A DNA stretch of 60,889 nucleotides, filler included, from Sphacelaria rigidula (Eukaryota), in the NCBI GenBank assembly GCA_964200075.2. It is 9 parts of 9 records of this genome, joined end to end, with 100 filler letters (N's around TTAATTAATTAA, not from the genome) between each part and the next. Parts side by side here need not be neighbours in the genome. Positions count along the whole stretch, not along the records: positions 33,886 to 40,561 come from CAXNAA020018692.1; positions 40,662 to 47,337 come from CAXNAA020018693.1; 7 more parts are not named here. One strand, 5' to 3'. This document shows positions 34,720-46,355 of the stretch, one piece after another (the first letter of the stretch is position 1; every line of letters begins with the position of its first letter). The notes beneath the pieces are model-generated. The model saw only the letters and a list, made by a program, of their open reading frames with translations, did no database searches and was not told where the DNA came from. The position numbers and the translations under genes are program-made.

Positions 34720-36365
34720 CTGTTCCGCGGACAGCCTCGGTCCAGCGGCGGCCGCAGTCCGATGATCATTCTCGATAGCGCAGACAAGCGCAAGAAACCT
34801 GGCGTCGCCGACGCCGTGGCTCGAACTAGACACGCCAGCAACATCTTCCGCCTTGCGATGCAACTCCGCGCGCTCTCTCTTCGAAAGTGCGCTGCCACTG
34901 AATACCAACACGGCGGCTATTACCTCCGCCTCTGCAGATTCCATGTTGCAACAGGCCCGCTCCTCCGCGTGATACGTTTGAGTCTTACTTTTCCCGTCGT
35001 GTATAGTTTTAATTCCGCTGCTTACCGTCTTACCTTGGCTGTATGCGGTCACGACCTTGTCCTTCAAGGTGACCTTGTCACGGCATATGGCTGTTCTTAC
35101 AGTTTTGTTTGCCTCATCCTTTGGACCGGTCATACCCGCGGTCTCCACTCCTACTCGCATGCCGTTCTCCTCTCTTTGCTCGTGAGTCGGAGGAGCATCT
35201 CCGGCTGCGGCCACATTCGTGTCTGCGGCACTGGTGGCGCTGCCAGGTGTACTTTGGAGCAGTGGTGTTGTTTTTTCAGCCTCACGCTCTCCCGCGTCAT
35301 CTCTTCGCTTTCGCCGCGAGTAAGTGGTTGCTGTTACTCTGCTTTTCAATATCTCCATAATCGCAGCCTGGCCGTCGGGATGAACAACGTCGCTCGACCG
35401 CAGCGACAGCTCTAACCCAATCCATTCCTTTCCGAATATATCCCCCCCCTGTTCCTCCCCTACAGTTTTGTCTTGGGCTCCGAAGCTGCCCCCTGCCGAA
35501 ACTTCCTCTTGATACCAGCCGCGTGTGACTTGGCGGAGCTTTGACCACCACCCTTTTTGTTCGTCTACAGCAGCACTCTCCGGAAGCCAACCGTCTGAGG
35601 CGCCGACTGTGGCGTGATCGCAGGTCAATTTATCGTCTTGCCCCTTTTGTAGGAGGAAGCAGCTGCACTCGCAACCAAGCGTGTCCTTGGCCGCTTCAGC
35701 GACCGAGCGCAGTAGCTCTTCTCGCTTGTCCCCGTCGTCGCCGGTGTCGCCGTGGGCTCCTTCATCATTTGAGGTGGAATCTCCTTCTGGCTGTGGCTGC
35801 TGCCGACGGCGGCAGTCGCGATAATTGCCCCATTCGGTGACCCCGGCATTATTCCCAGTAGTGGACTCCGGGTGGCTCGTTGGTGGAGAAAGTTGCCCAG
35901 CAGCGGAAGCAGAAGGGTACGACAGTGATGGTAGTGGAGGTGGTGAGGGCGGTTGGGGTGGGGGAGATGACAACTGTTGTTGGGGCTGTTGGTCGCGGCC
36001 GACGCCGTTCGTTGGTGCTGGTGCTGGTGCTGCTGGCACTGCTGATGATGGCGACATCTCGGCTGAATCGAGTGCTGCCGACGGCCTTCGCTTGCATCCA
36101 CTAGATGGCGTCGCCTCCGTTGGCACTGCCGCAGTGAGAAGGAACAGCACTGCGCTAAGGAACGCATCGTCGGCGCCGCCGCCGCGACCAGCCGGAGATC
36201 GGGCAAGACGATCGAGCGATCTTGTTGTGTTGCTACTCTCAGTGGCGTCCTTGACGGCGGCGGCCATAGAGTGTTCTCCTCCATCTTGGTCGCCTTTGCC
36301 ACGGGCGCCCGGTCTGAAGGCTGGTGGAACATACCGGTTAGCACCGCCGGAGACGGAGCTGAAGC
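34720..36365 (-). CDS. Large internal exon (1646 nt) of an unknown protein, with low-complexity regions and a GAF-like segment
   Basis: Open frame of about 548 codons between a polypyrimidine tttcag| acceptor and a CAG|GTGAGG donor. It contains RYVPPAFR, P/Q-rich linkers and EELLRSVAEAAKDTLGCECSCFLL. Confidence 0.75.
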
Positions 36366-36899
36366 CTGAAAAAAAAAGGCGAGGACAGAGGGGGAACTTG
36401 TTAGGGAGACAACGACAACAGCGGCGGTAGGGGAAGCTTCTCGAGTGCAGCAGTATTTAGGTACATTCGTGCAGCTCACAGAGACCTGAAGAAATAGGTC
36501 CACAGAAAGCGGGCGTTGTGTCGGAAGGGTGCTGAATAGTGCGAGACCCACTGTATAAAGACGATCTGGATTCAAGAATTTTAGATGCTATAAAAGCCGT
36601 GCATTATCGAGACAAAAAGAGAAGCGGAAAGAGAAACCAAGAAACAAGCAGCACATTTAGTCGTCGCCGCCGCGACACCACCCTCCCCCAGGAAAAAAGC
36701 AGCGGCGCTTTCTTTTCATGCGGTAGTGCTTCTTTTTGGAATCGGCGCTTTTTCAAAACAATTATTCAAGCATGTTTCGGGCTACGAGTTTTCGCCAAGA
36801 CTTTTTCAGGCTGCTCGCCGTGAAGGGCAACAAAAACCAGCGGCGCAATGACCTTGCTGTGGTACGCGCCTGACGCACAGCCCGAACCTGAATCATACG

Positions 36900-38150
36900 C
36901 GCATATGAACTTCTGATCTCACTCTCGCAGCACAGACAATGAATAGCTCGAGCCGTAGTTACTAATCGACCGAGTACGACGTTTTTAGCTCGAGGAAAAT
37001 CGGTTCGAAACTGAATGAAACATGATGATGACTGTCAGACAAGCGCCGTATAACACACACACACAAACGGCGAACGACTCCAACTTGAGCAAGCTTTGTA
37101 CAAACATGGTCGGTCTTCTTCCAACACCAACGAGATTGCCGTGAAACAAAGCACACTGTGTAAAGATTAACAAGAGCTAGGGCCAGGCGTGCGGTGGATG
37201 TCTGTGAGTGTTTGCTCGGGCTGTGTTGTGGATGTTATGGGCGCGCCTGCCCCCCCAAAATGGGCAAAGAAAGTGCCAACGACCAAAAACACGAAGCGGC
37301 CGCAGATCTTGTTCATCCCCTGATGATGCACGCCGTAAAATCACCCAAAGTACATGTGATTTGTGTGGGGTTTCCACTTCACGGTCTTCCATTTTTCTCG
37401 TCCCAGACTACGAACCACGGCGTGCCTCGGCTACTCACCGGCGAGTATTTGTCCACGCTACAGCTTGACACCATCGTTGTGCGAAAGAACTTATGGCGAT
37501 CGAGAAAATCGCAAAAAAAAAAAACGAAGGTTTTTCCACTCGAAAAATTATGAAACTCTCCACCGGGTTGGGTTTGAGAGGATTTGGCGACACCAAGTTG
37601 TATCTGTGGTTTTGGCGCAGATGATGCAAAAAATCGTAATCCCAATCGATGGCCTTGGCGATGAGTACTTTGGGAAGTGGTTTGGACTATCAGCGCAAAC
37701 AAGCGCCTCCAACTCTCGCGACTTCCTATGACACGCGAAAACATCACACCTGCCCAATGGCCTCAGAATATTTTACACCAATGAATGACTCTCGACACTG
37801 GTACAAACGACAATGGCAACGTAGTGCAAATGGTTTTTCACGTCACGCTGATACTTCGCCGGACTCCGAAGATGTTTGTGTTTCGAGAGGAAATGGAAAC
37901 AAACCGTCGCCACATGCATGACCCACCAGTGCCGAGTACAACAGACGCTTGTCTTCGGACGGGTGGGTCCACTGAAAAACATGGGTGGGACTTCGGTGGC
38001 ATGTGGCTTGAGCAAAAGTGGGCCTGGTACTTGATGCTGTACTTTGTGCCCTCTTGATGACGTGCCAGGAGCACGCCATGAGCACAGCTTCGATTGAAGA
38101 TCCGCGTTTCGGTGTCCATACTCAAATCAAGTCCGACGAACTTACCCTCC
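36900..38150 (-). pseudogene. Possible highly decayed hAT-like transposase
   Basis: Fragmentary translations include SCAHGVLL (compare the hAT CxxH motif) and RASSGDE...HNIHN (compare the hAT dimerisation ASS..ER..IH). Many stops and frameshifts. Confidence 0.25.
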
Positions 38151-38814
38151 CACGTGAACTATACTGAAGAAATGTATCCAAGTTGCGATTTCTATGTTTC
38201 CGCATCAAATCCACGTTCCAGGAGGTCAGAGGTCAAAGACAGTGACCATGCATAAGCGGCACGCAAAAGTTAACCACGCTGCGCACGAATCCAGTAAAAC
38301 GGTATGCTGTGCTTCATTGCGTAGGAAGACGCAATATACCCCCGGCAGGAAGAGAAGCGCCGCCGCTGTGGCTGCAGTGTGTGCGCCGTAAGCACGGCCT
38401 CAGCACTTTGTTTTTCGATCGAAAAAGTGTGATCAATTATTGTTTTGCCGATCTGATAGGTCCACCGCACTTATGTTCCTAGAAGGCTGCGACTGGAAAA
38501 ATATAACAAGCGACGCGCGGAGAAAACTATTTGAGGGCGTGTATTCGCACTTTTTTTTCGATCGCAAAAATGGGCCGGTGGAATCGATTTGAGCGAAATT
38601 TTCTTGTTGTGATGCAGTTGGGTCCATATGGATTTTCAAGCTTTCCATCGAAAAAAGACAGTGACATTCGTGAAACGGCACATGGTTACTCATATACAGT
38701 ACAGACAGTCTGTACTGTCTGCACTGCTTGCAAGCAGGGTGTCTTGAGTGCGTGTGTGCGTGTTTCGTGCAGGACATAAATAGGCGGGCAACGTACAGTG
38801 CAGACAGCCCAGGA

Positions 38815-40561
38815 CTATCAGTTCTCTCTGATTACAATGCGACGTGAAAAGGACCTCCACAACGTGCAGCTTTGTATTGCCTGCACTGTCCATGAGCGTG
38901 CACGCAACTAGGTTGCCCGCCGTACCACGCAGTTCCGTCGCTGATGCGCACCATGAGAGGAGATGCGCAAGTTTTCGCCAACAAAAAATAAACAAAGCAC
39001 ACCCAACTACTGCAGTGTATCTATCCCTGTGCTCAACTCGTGCTCTATGTTGCAGGGTTGCGGTGGTAGCTGAGAACGAGTTGGATGGAGTTTGCATGGT
39101 CCTATGAAGAGGTGTTATTTGGCGTGATGATCTGTAAGATAGGAGTCAAGTGCAGCTTCGTGCCTTTCGACCGCATGTTTTCGATCGAAAACGATTGGTT
39201 TTTACCTCGTTGCATTCTCCTCCGCGTGCCGCGAAGTAAAATTTTGAGTTGAAGCCTTCAAGGAACATAAATGCGGTGGGCCTATGAGATCGGCAAAAAA
39301 AATCGACTGCACTTTTTCGATCGAAAATAAAAGTGCTAAGACATGACCCGAGACGAAAACATAATATTTTTCGATCGAAAACATGCGGTCGAACGGCACG
39401 AAGCGGCACTTGACTTCTATCTTACAGACCACCACGCCAAATAATATTTCTTCACAGGACCATGCAAAATCCATCCAACTCATTCTCAGCTACCACCGCA
39501 ACCCTGCAGCATAGAGTACGAGTTGAGGCCAGGGATAGATATACTGCGGTAGTTGGGTATGCTTTGTTTATTTGTTGGCGAAAACTTGCGCCGCTTCTCT
39601 CAAGGTAGGTATCAGCGACGGAACTGCGTGGTACGGTGGGCAACTGAGTTGCGTGCACGTTCATGGACAGTTATGCCCGTGAATGAAGGCCTTACCGACC
39701 AAAAATCCGTTGCCCACAAAAAATAAAATGAATGCGGACGGATATTCAAGACGTATTGAAGACACCATAGACTGGTCGGACCTGTGCCGAACCTCTGCAA
39801 AACATGACACACGCTCCATCCCAAGTTACCTAGGTTTAGTATGCGACAGCTGTAAATTTTTAATCGCTACTATCTCGAGATAGGAAGCAAACCGGCCTCT
39901 GGAACTTCACAGCCCCTCGCACACACACTAGACGTGGTGAGTTTGTCGGCGGAGTTGCTCAATTCGCCACAACGGATCCGAAAAGCCCCAGAACGTTGCA
40001 GGAAACGCGTCTTTTAGTACATTTTATGTTTGGTGCAGCGGTTTGCAAGTGCTGCGTCCTCCGCGGCACGCGTACGGAAACCTCTTGTTAAATTCACTAG
40101 TTCTGGTGTGTGGGGAGCGCACGCATCAAACCGTAGCCCAATCCTCAGCGTCGTTGCCGAGAAAGTAGCGTTGAAAGATAAGCACAATAACATACTGCAA
40201 CAAGAAGGGTACAACAACATCACGAGCAGCAGCTTCTATCATCCTGTTGTTGTAACCCTGTGTACAGGTGTACAGCAACGTCAGTCACGGGTGTGTTGTA
40301 GAATATATTATAGCGATAGTACATTTTGTATGAGCGCCGTCGCCATTTCGAGTGACGCGTGTACTTGTGATTGATACTGGTTGGCTCATTTAGGTTTCAT
40401 TTCTCCTGCATTCAACAGACTGTGGAGTTGTGCGGTCCATTTTTCTGATATATAGTGCCCAAAATCGGTCCCCATTCACGGGCATAACAGTGTAGGCAGT
40501 ACAAAGCTGCACGTTGCTGAGGTCCTTTTCACGTCGCATTGTAAGCAGAGAGAACTGATAG
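38815..40561. repeat. Large foldback: arm 38815-39191 versus inverted arm 39367-39670 plus 40488-40561, with recurring TTTTCGATCGAAAA palindromes
   Basis: About 375 bp of inverted similarity. The ORF track shows the same pseudo-peptide on both strands (38844+ and 39452-). The right arm is split by an insertion. Confidence 0.85.
39671..40487. mobile_element. Non-autonomous TIR element (817 bp) with 3-bp CAG TSD (PIF/Harbinger-like)
   Basis: Perfect 15-bp TIRs TTATGCCCGTGAATG and CATTCACGGGCATAA, with CAG at 39668-39670 and 40488-40490. The empty site TCATGGACAGTGCAGGC is preserved on the opposite foldback arm (about 38879-38895). Confidence 0.85.
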
Positions 40562-40661
40562 NNNNNNNNNNNNNNNNNNNNNNNNNNNNNNNNNNNNNNN
40601 NNNNNTTAATTAATTAANNNNNNNNNNNNNNNNNNNNNNNNNNNNNNNNNNNNNNNNNNNN

Positions 40662-41442
40662 CATGTAGACAAAGAGGTTGCCAGCTATAGTTGGTAGGGC
40701 TGTATGGAAGAAAAGTACGATAGGGCAGGCTGGAGTAAGGTGGGATAAAGAAGTCGAGAAAGTGTGGAGGGATAAATTTTATAGGAGAAAATCAGGACGA
40801 AATACTGTCCATAGGTGAAGGCGCGGGGTACAAGGCAAAAATAAGAAACATGATGGAAATAAGGAGGAAACGAGTAATCAGACGCAAGGTAGACGAGGAA
40901 GAACACCTGGAGATATACGGGTGGTTGCGAGAAGGGATAGGAATGAAAGCATATTTGCATGGCCCAATGGACGCCGCGACAATATTGCAGTGCGATTTCG
41001 GGTGGGGGACCTCAACCTGCCAGAAAGAAGACAGATATATACCAGGCGTCGAAAGGAGGAGGAAGTAGATGGACAGAACTGCCTCTGTGGCAAGGGAACA
41101 GAGAGCAGAAGCCATATAGTGGTAGATGTGAGCTATATAAGGAGGAAGAAACGGGACGTACTAGAGCGGGAAAGGCGGGACATTAATGAAGGTGGCGTGA
41201 AATCGTTTGATGCATTAGACAGTAGGGAGAAAACGATGGCTATAGTAGGAGATAAATGGTGGCCAGAGACGGCGAAACAGGACGAGGATAAGATATGTAA
41301 AGGTTTTTGTGTTATGTGTGGAAGAAACGTAATGAGCGCCGGAATTTTGAAGATGTCTCTATTAGGAGTAGGAGCGGTGCTCCGTCTCGAAAGGGATGCG
41401 TGGTCAATGGTCACACGACTAGGGCAAGCAACAGATGAGTAC
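40662..41442 (+). mobile_element. 3' end of a non-LTR retrotransposon (LINE) ORF2 with C-terminal CCHC zinc finger; longest copy in the window
   Basis: Frameshifted translation HLEIYGWLREGIGMKAYLHGPMD..RFRVGDLNLPERR...NCLCGKGTESRSHIVGRCELYK...LDSREKTMAIVGDKWWP. It ends AGATGAGTAC followed by a C-rich tract. Confidence 0.8.
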
Positions 41443-41549
41443 CACCCCCCACCCCACCACCCCATGGCCTCCCCGGCTCGAACATGCAATGACGCATCGG
41501 TCACCCGCATCCGACCAATGCCACAACATTCTACTCTCCATGTCTCCAG

Positions 41550-42055
41550 GTGCTGCAGCAGCACGGGGTGGTGCCCCGGGGCCTCGAGGAAGAATACGCG
41601 CACCTGCGCCAACGTACCGACAGACGGATCGTGATGGGGGCGCCCGACGCCCAACTCCTCGACGCCCGGCTGGATCGGGAATACGTGAGTGCGATGATGG
41701 TACTGTAGCATCATGAAATACGTTGTGCTTGTGGTGGAAGATGCCGTGGGAGCAGAACCAAAGCGCGAGGTTTATCTTTACTGCCCCGTTTGCTGTTGAG
41801 GGTAGGTCGAGGCGAGAGACGCAGTTGTGTTTTGACGGCATTTGGGGTGGCCGGTGCCGCGCATTGCTGCTGCGGGCCCGTCGTTTACACACCGCCTGAC
41901 GCTGCATACTTTTACCTCTCCGCGTGACCGTGCTTGTCACTGATGAATCGCAGTCTGTCGGATCAGGCGTGGTGGTGAAGCCCCAGGACCCAGGCCAGTT
42001 CATCCTCGCGAGACACGTCTGGGTGGAGCAGGATACACTCGAGCACGCTGACGAG
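41550..42055 (+). CDS. Two putative exons of an unknown gene (41550-41684 and 41954-42055)
   Basis: Acceptors tgtctccag| and aatcgcag|, donors |GTGAGT and |GTGAGG, both phase 0 and GC3-rich: VLQQHGVVPRGLEEEYAHLRQR...LDREY and SVGSGVVVKPQDPGQFILARHVWVEQDTLEHADE. The antisense frame is also open. Confidence 0.5.
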
Positions 42056-44549
42056 GTGAGGATGCGCAGATGGTTGTTTTGGGTACCTTTGCTCACAAGT
42101 ACATGTGGAGAGTGTGGATGCTGTAGTAGCAGACCTTCACTTCGAGATACTCCAGCGAAGACGAGGATGTTCTTGCAGACCCTCGGTACTTCACTTCAGC
42201 AGGAAATCGTGGAAACGGTGTCTCGACGTGCGACAATACCCATGCACCTGGCGCGTTATTGCCTCCTCAGAGTTCATAGAGGAATGAAAAAGAACCGTGC
42301 CCGCCTTCACCATGGTCACGTCCAGTCGAAAGTCAATAGATGTGTTACGCACGGCGTTGTCTGGTGCGCAACCGAAAAGGTGAAATTAAAAAAATAGATG
42401 GCAAAAATTGCAACTTGGGCTTTCGCCAACTGTGTCTGACGCGCTGCAGCCAGTACACCAACTGGTTCGATCATGTTCCCGTACGTCAATGTCTTATAGG
42501 TACGTTGTGTGGCGCGTATTTATGCGCACGTACTGTATAAATGACACCTATTTTTTCGACACATTTTTCCACGCGCCCCCTCCCTCACCGTCACCAGCAA
42601 GTACGAAATTCCAAACCATGCACGTACAGTGCATGAAGGAAGGACAACCCCTTCCGCCACGTCGGCACATTGCATGTGGTGAACGTGTTGCAGCAACGTT
42701 ATAGCGTTCCCCCTCGCCCCTTTTATCTCCCTCGAGTATTGAGTATTCTCCCCTGCCCGCCATCCCTTGCTACCTGCTTGCCCTCGGTCTCGTGTCTACT
42801 GCACAACGCACACATGCACCCACGTAGGTTGTCACTGTGCTCCAGAATGTCCAACACGCGGACCCGCGAGAACGTCGCGTTTTGGATCATGCGTTCGTAG
42901 GTAGACGCCCCACGCAGACAGTGGTCGTGGTCGGCCTTTCGAACATTCCGTGCACGATGTTCGTCCAGCTCGTAGGGGTACTGTGAAATGATACTGGCCG
43001 TGGATGAAGTAAAGGCATGGGCTAGATCTACATGTAGACAGTACAGTACGTCTCGTTCTCGTTCGTCCACCGTCGTAAAGTGTTGCTCCGGGATATCTTC
43101 TTCCCCGAGCACGCGTTGTATTAATCGAGAGTGCTATTTTCATGTTTAAGGGGTTCTGAGGAGGAGTGGTTTATTTCCACCTCGACTAGTACTGTAGCAG
43201 TTAAATACAAATCACGAGCAGAAGCACCAGGTGTCGGGTGGTCTTCAAAGGCCCATCGTTTTTGTCTTGCGTTCAAAGTCATGCATGCTGGCATGAAACA
43301 CGTGCAACGGTGCTCGTGGTATGGTATTTTTTACCGTTGATACCATGGGTACTCTGGAATGTTTTGTCGGTGCTTCGGGTACCCAAAGTACTGATAACTT
43401 GTTCTCAATACTGCGGGAATCATAGCGGGCATTTGAGAGGTCTACTTCGACATATACTGTATCCTGACGCACTCAGTTCTCCTGTATCCCGGAATACTGA
43501 GTATCGCGGCACGAGATACCCCCGGTACCCGGAGGATTCGGTACTCGTAGTCAGTGTCCGGGATACTAGGTGGGATGGTTCAACTGGCGGGTTTCCGGAG
43601 TACCTCGAAGTCATCAGTACGTTCGGCAGTCGATAACCTGCGTACCCTGGAGTGCATGGTACTCCAAATACCCCTGAAAATTAAAGTCAAGGATACCCAC
43701 AGGGTGCGAACCCTACCCGGAGGTCCTTTGCACCTTTAGTAGGGGTTTGTCGGTACCAAAACACACACACGTATTGCACCGATATGATACATCGCATCGT
43801 ATACAATCTGTTTTTGGGACACTTTGAACCTGTCCCCTGTTTGGTCGGGAATAGTGTGGTCTGCAGGGATTACGTGTCGTTCTTAATTCTGTATCGTTTT
43901 TTTTGCATTGGCGGTAGCGGAGCATAAAAAGATGGGCTCAATACAACGTGGAGGACCAAATATTACTGGTTACATGGGGCTTGTTGCTATCTTCAGCAGA
44001 TTCGAGGTTAAACATTTTGTCACGAAATTATCTCACCTACGAATGGGAATTTTACCTAGCTCACATGCACACGTGGACAATAGCACCCTGTGGAGGGGGT
44101 CCACGGGGTTAACGTACCCCGCGCAGTGTTTCTGGCGGGGATTTTTCTGTACAGTGTTTTCCAGCGTAGCACAGAGAGCTCCACAGGGTTTCCCTACAGT
44201 GGTCATGAAAAGTGTGCATCACAGGGTTCCGTCGCCCCGTGAAAAGTTCATCGCTGCTGGCAAGCTGTGCAGTGTGTTTACGCACAAACACTACCCTCCA
44301 CATGCAGTTGCGGGCGCAAGGTACTGGCGGAAAAAAGAACTGATAAGGTTGGACGGGGAATCAAACCGTCGACTTCACCATTGTACAGTCAACCGGTTAC
44401 ACACGGAGCTACGCGTGGTGGTCGTTGTGGATGAAACGTATTCTTTGTACTTCTGAATTTTTGGGCCCTCAAAGGTCCGTGTCAATAACACTGAAATCCC
44501 CCGAATTGTTTTTAGAGGCACAGGTGTAATGGAAATCTTGAATTTAGAC

Positions 44550-46355
44550 AACCTCTGCTGTTCGAAATAAATCCTAATTCCAAACTCGGAATAGGGGAAA
44601 AAAGATTCACTTCGAAGAACTTAAGCCGTACAGATAATCCCATATACGCTGTATATAGCAGATGGAATTTGTACACCGCCAAGAATACCTGAAATTGGAT
44701 GAAGAAAGAACTTCTCGCGAGCAGCTTCAGCTGTTTAAGTCCCACATACTGCACGCAAGCTTTTGTTGCAGCTGACGTGATGATAACGGATCGCAATCTG
44801 CTCGGTCATGGATGCATATACCTGATGAGAACCCCGTAGTCCCGTGTCGATGAACCTAAAACAATATACAGGGAATAATGAAACATCTCATCGCGCGGTT
44901 GATACTGCGTACTCGGGATATATATTCACAACAACAAACTGGACTGGACTGTACAATACCATTGCATGCGGGACAGTGCGCTATACCGCCGTGCTTATAC
45001 GTGCGGCGCCATGTACTGCAAATGGCTGGCTATATATATACAATGTAGATGCCTGCAGCTTGTTTTGAAAGATGGGGCGGGTGTTATATACCGTCACGAA
45101 CTCCAGTTTTTCACGCGCGTTCCACAGCATATTTGCGCACAGCTGCTGCAGCACAGGAAGTAGGGCGTGAAAGGGAAGGAGGAAAGTACAATACAGACAG
45201 CGCAGGACAATGTATATGTATGTTCTATACCTACAGTACGAAGTGAAAAGGACTTGAACAACGTGCCGCATATCGTACGCGGCCTGTATGCCGCACTATG
45301 TTACATCGCGGTGCGTCCCCAGCATGCATATGGTGAGTGTGTATATGCATAATATAGGCGGCCAGTTGATTGTTCCTTGCACCCGCCTATACGCACCCCG
45401 CGTATGTCGTCGGCGCGCGATGTCGCGACCATGAAAGAAGGTGCTCAAGTTTCCACCCACGAGAAATACATCATATACACCCGCACGGCAGTGTGTATGT
45501 GTCTATATCCCTGTGCCCAGCCCGTGCTCTTTGCTGCAGGGTTGTGGTGGTATAGCTGGGCGGAATAATACTGTTGTGCGGGCGGGTGTTCATTCATGTT
45601 CGATTTGTGGGCGATGATATATACGGAGTATAGACATCTTGGGGTCTATATACTATTAATATACAATTGATTAAGTGATATTTTCTAAACATGGTTCGTG
45701 TTGGTAGACCACACAATACGGGGTTTTGTGAAGTATGTAGATACATGGGCGAGGTAAACCCGATCGTCCAGTATCTTGCCACGCATTCTCAGGGGTTTCA
45801 GCTGAAGCACAGGTGTGGACATACACACGTATCCAACGTGTGGGATCTCTATTCAGCGAAAGCTGTTGAGAGCTATTCATCCTTTAGCCCATGTACACAT
45901 GGACTGGGGGGCAAAACAATGAATGTCGTTCAGCAACTTTTTCTGCGTATCGGATCCATGCGCTGGTAACGATGCAGTATGCAGGATTTGCCCAGCAGCT
46001 GACGCTGCTCGCAGTAAATCGTTTTCCCCCCAATCTCCGGATGAATTGAAGGTCAAAGTAAAGATTCATTTCGAGCTTCTTCTGCTGTTCAAATTCCGAA
46101 TCTGCCAGTGTGCATGGGATTTGCGCAGCAGAAGAGGCTATTCGAAATAGATCCTTTTTTCGCTTATTTCAAAAATGGGCGAAAAAATGATCGATCTTGA
46201 ACATCTTCTTCTGCTGTTCGAAATAAATCCTTTTTTTTGCCGAAATAAATTAGGCGAAAAAGGGATGTGTTTTGAATGGCTTGTCCTGCTGTCCAAAATA
46301 AATTCCCTTTCGCTCGTTTCAAATCGGGCGAAGAGGAATTTACCTCGGACAGGAG
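44550..46355. repeat. Decayed foldback-type element with a terminal array of hairpin units
   Basis: 44657-44760 is an inverted copy of 45970-46105. 45240-45560 is a diverged homolog of 38840-39070. GCTGTTCGAAATAAATCC hairpin units occur at about 44557 and in tandem at 46078-46352. Confidence 0.55.

Noticed and set aside
35825..36430. Plus-strand and alternative-frame ORFs over the large exon
   Set aside because: Shadow ORFs of a GC-rich coding exon; the splice signals support the minus frame.
42820..42985. Further exon near 42.9 kb
   Set aside because: Open frames and plausible splice sites exist on both strands, so strand and frame cannot be resolved.
46078..46352. CRISPR-like array
   Set aside because: The units are long degenerate hairpins with very short spacers, there are no cas genes, and the context is eukaryotic.
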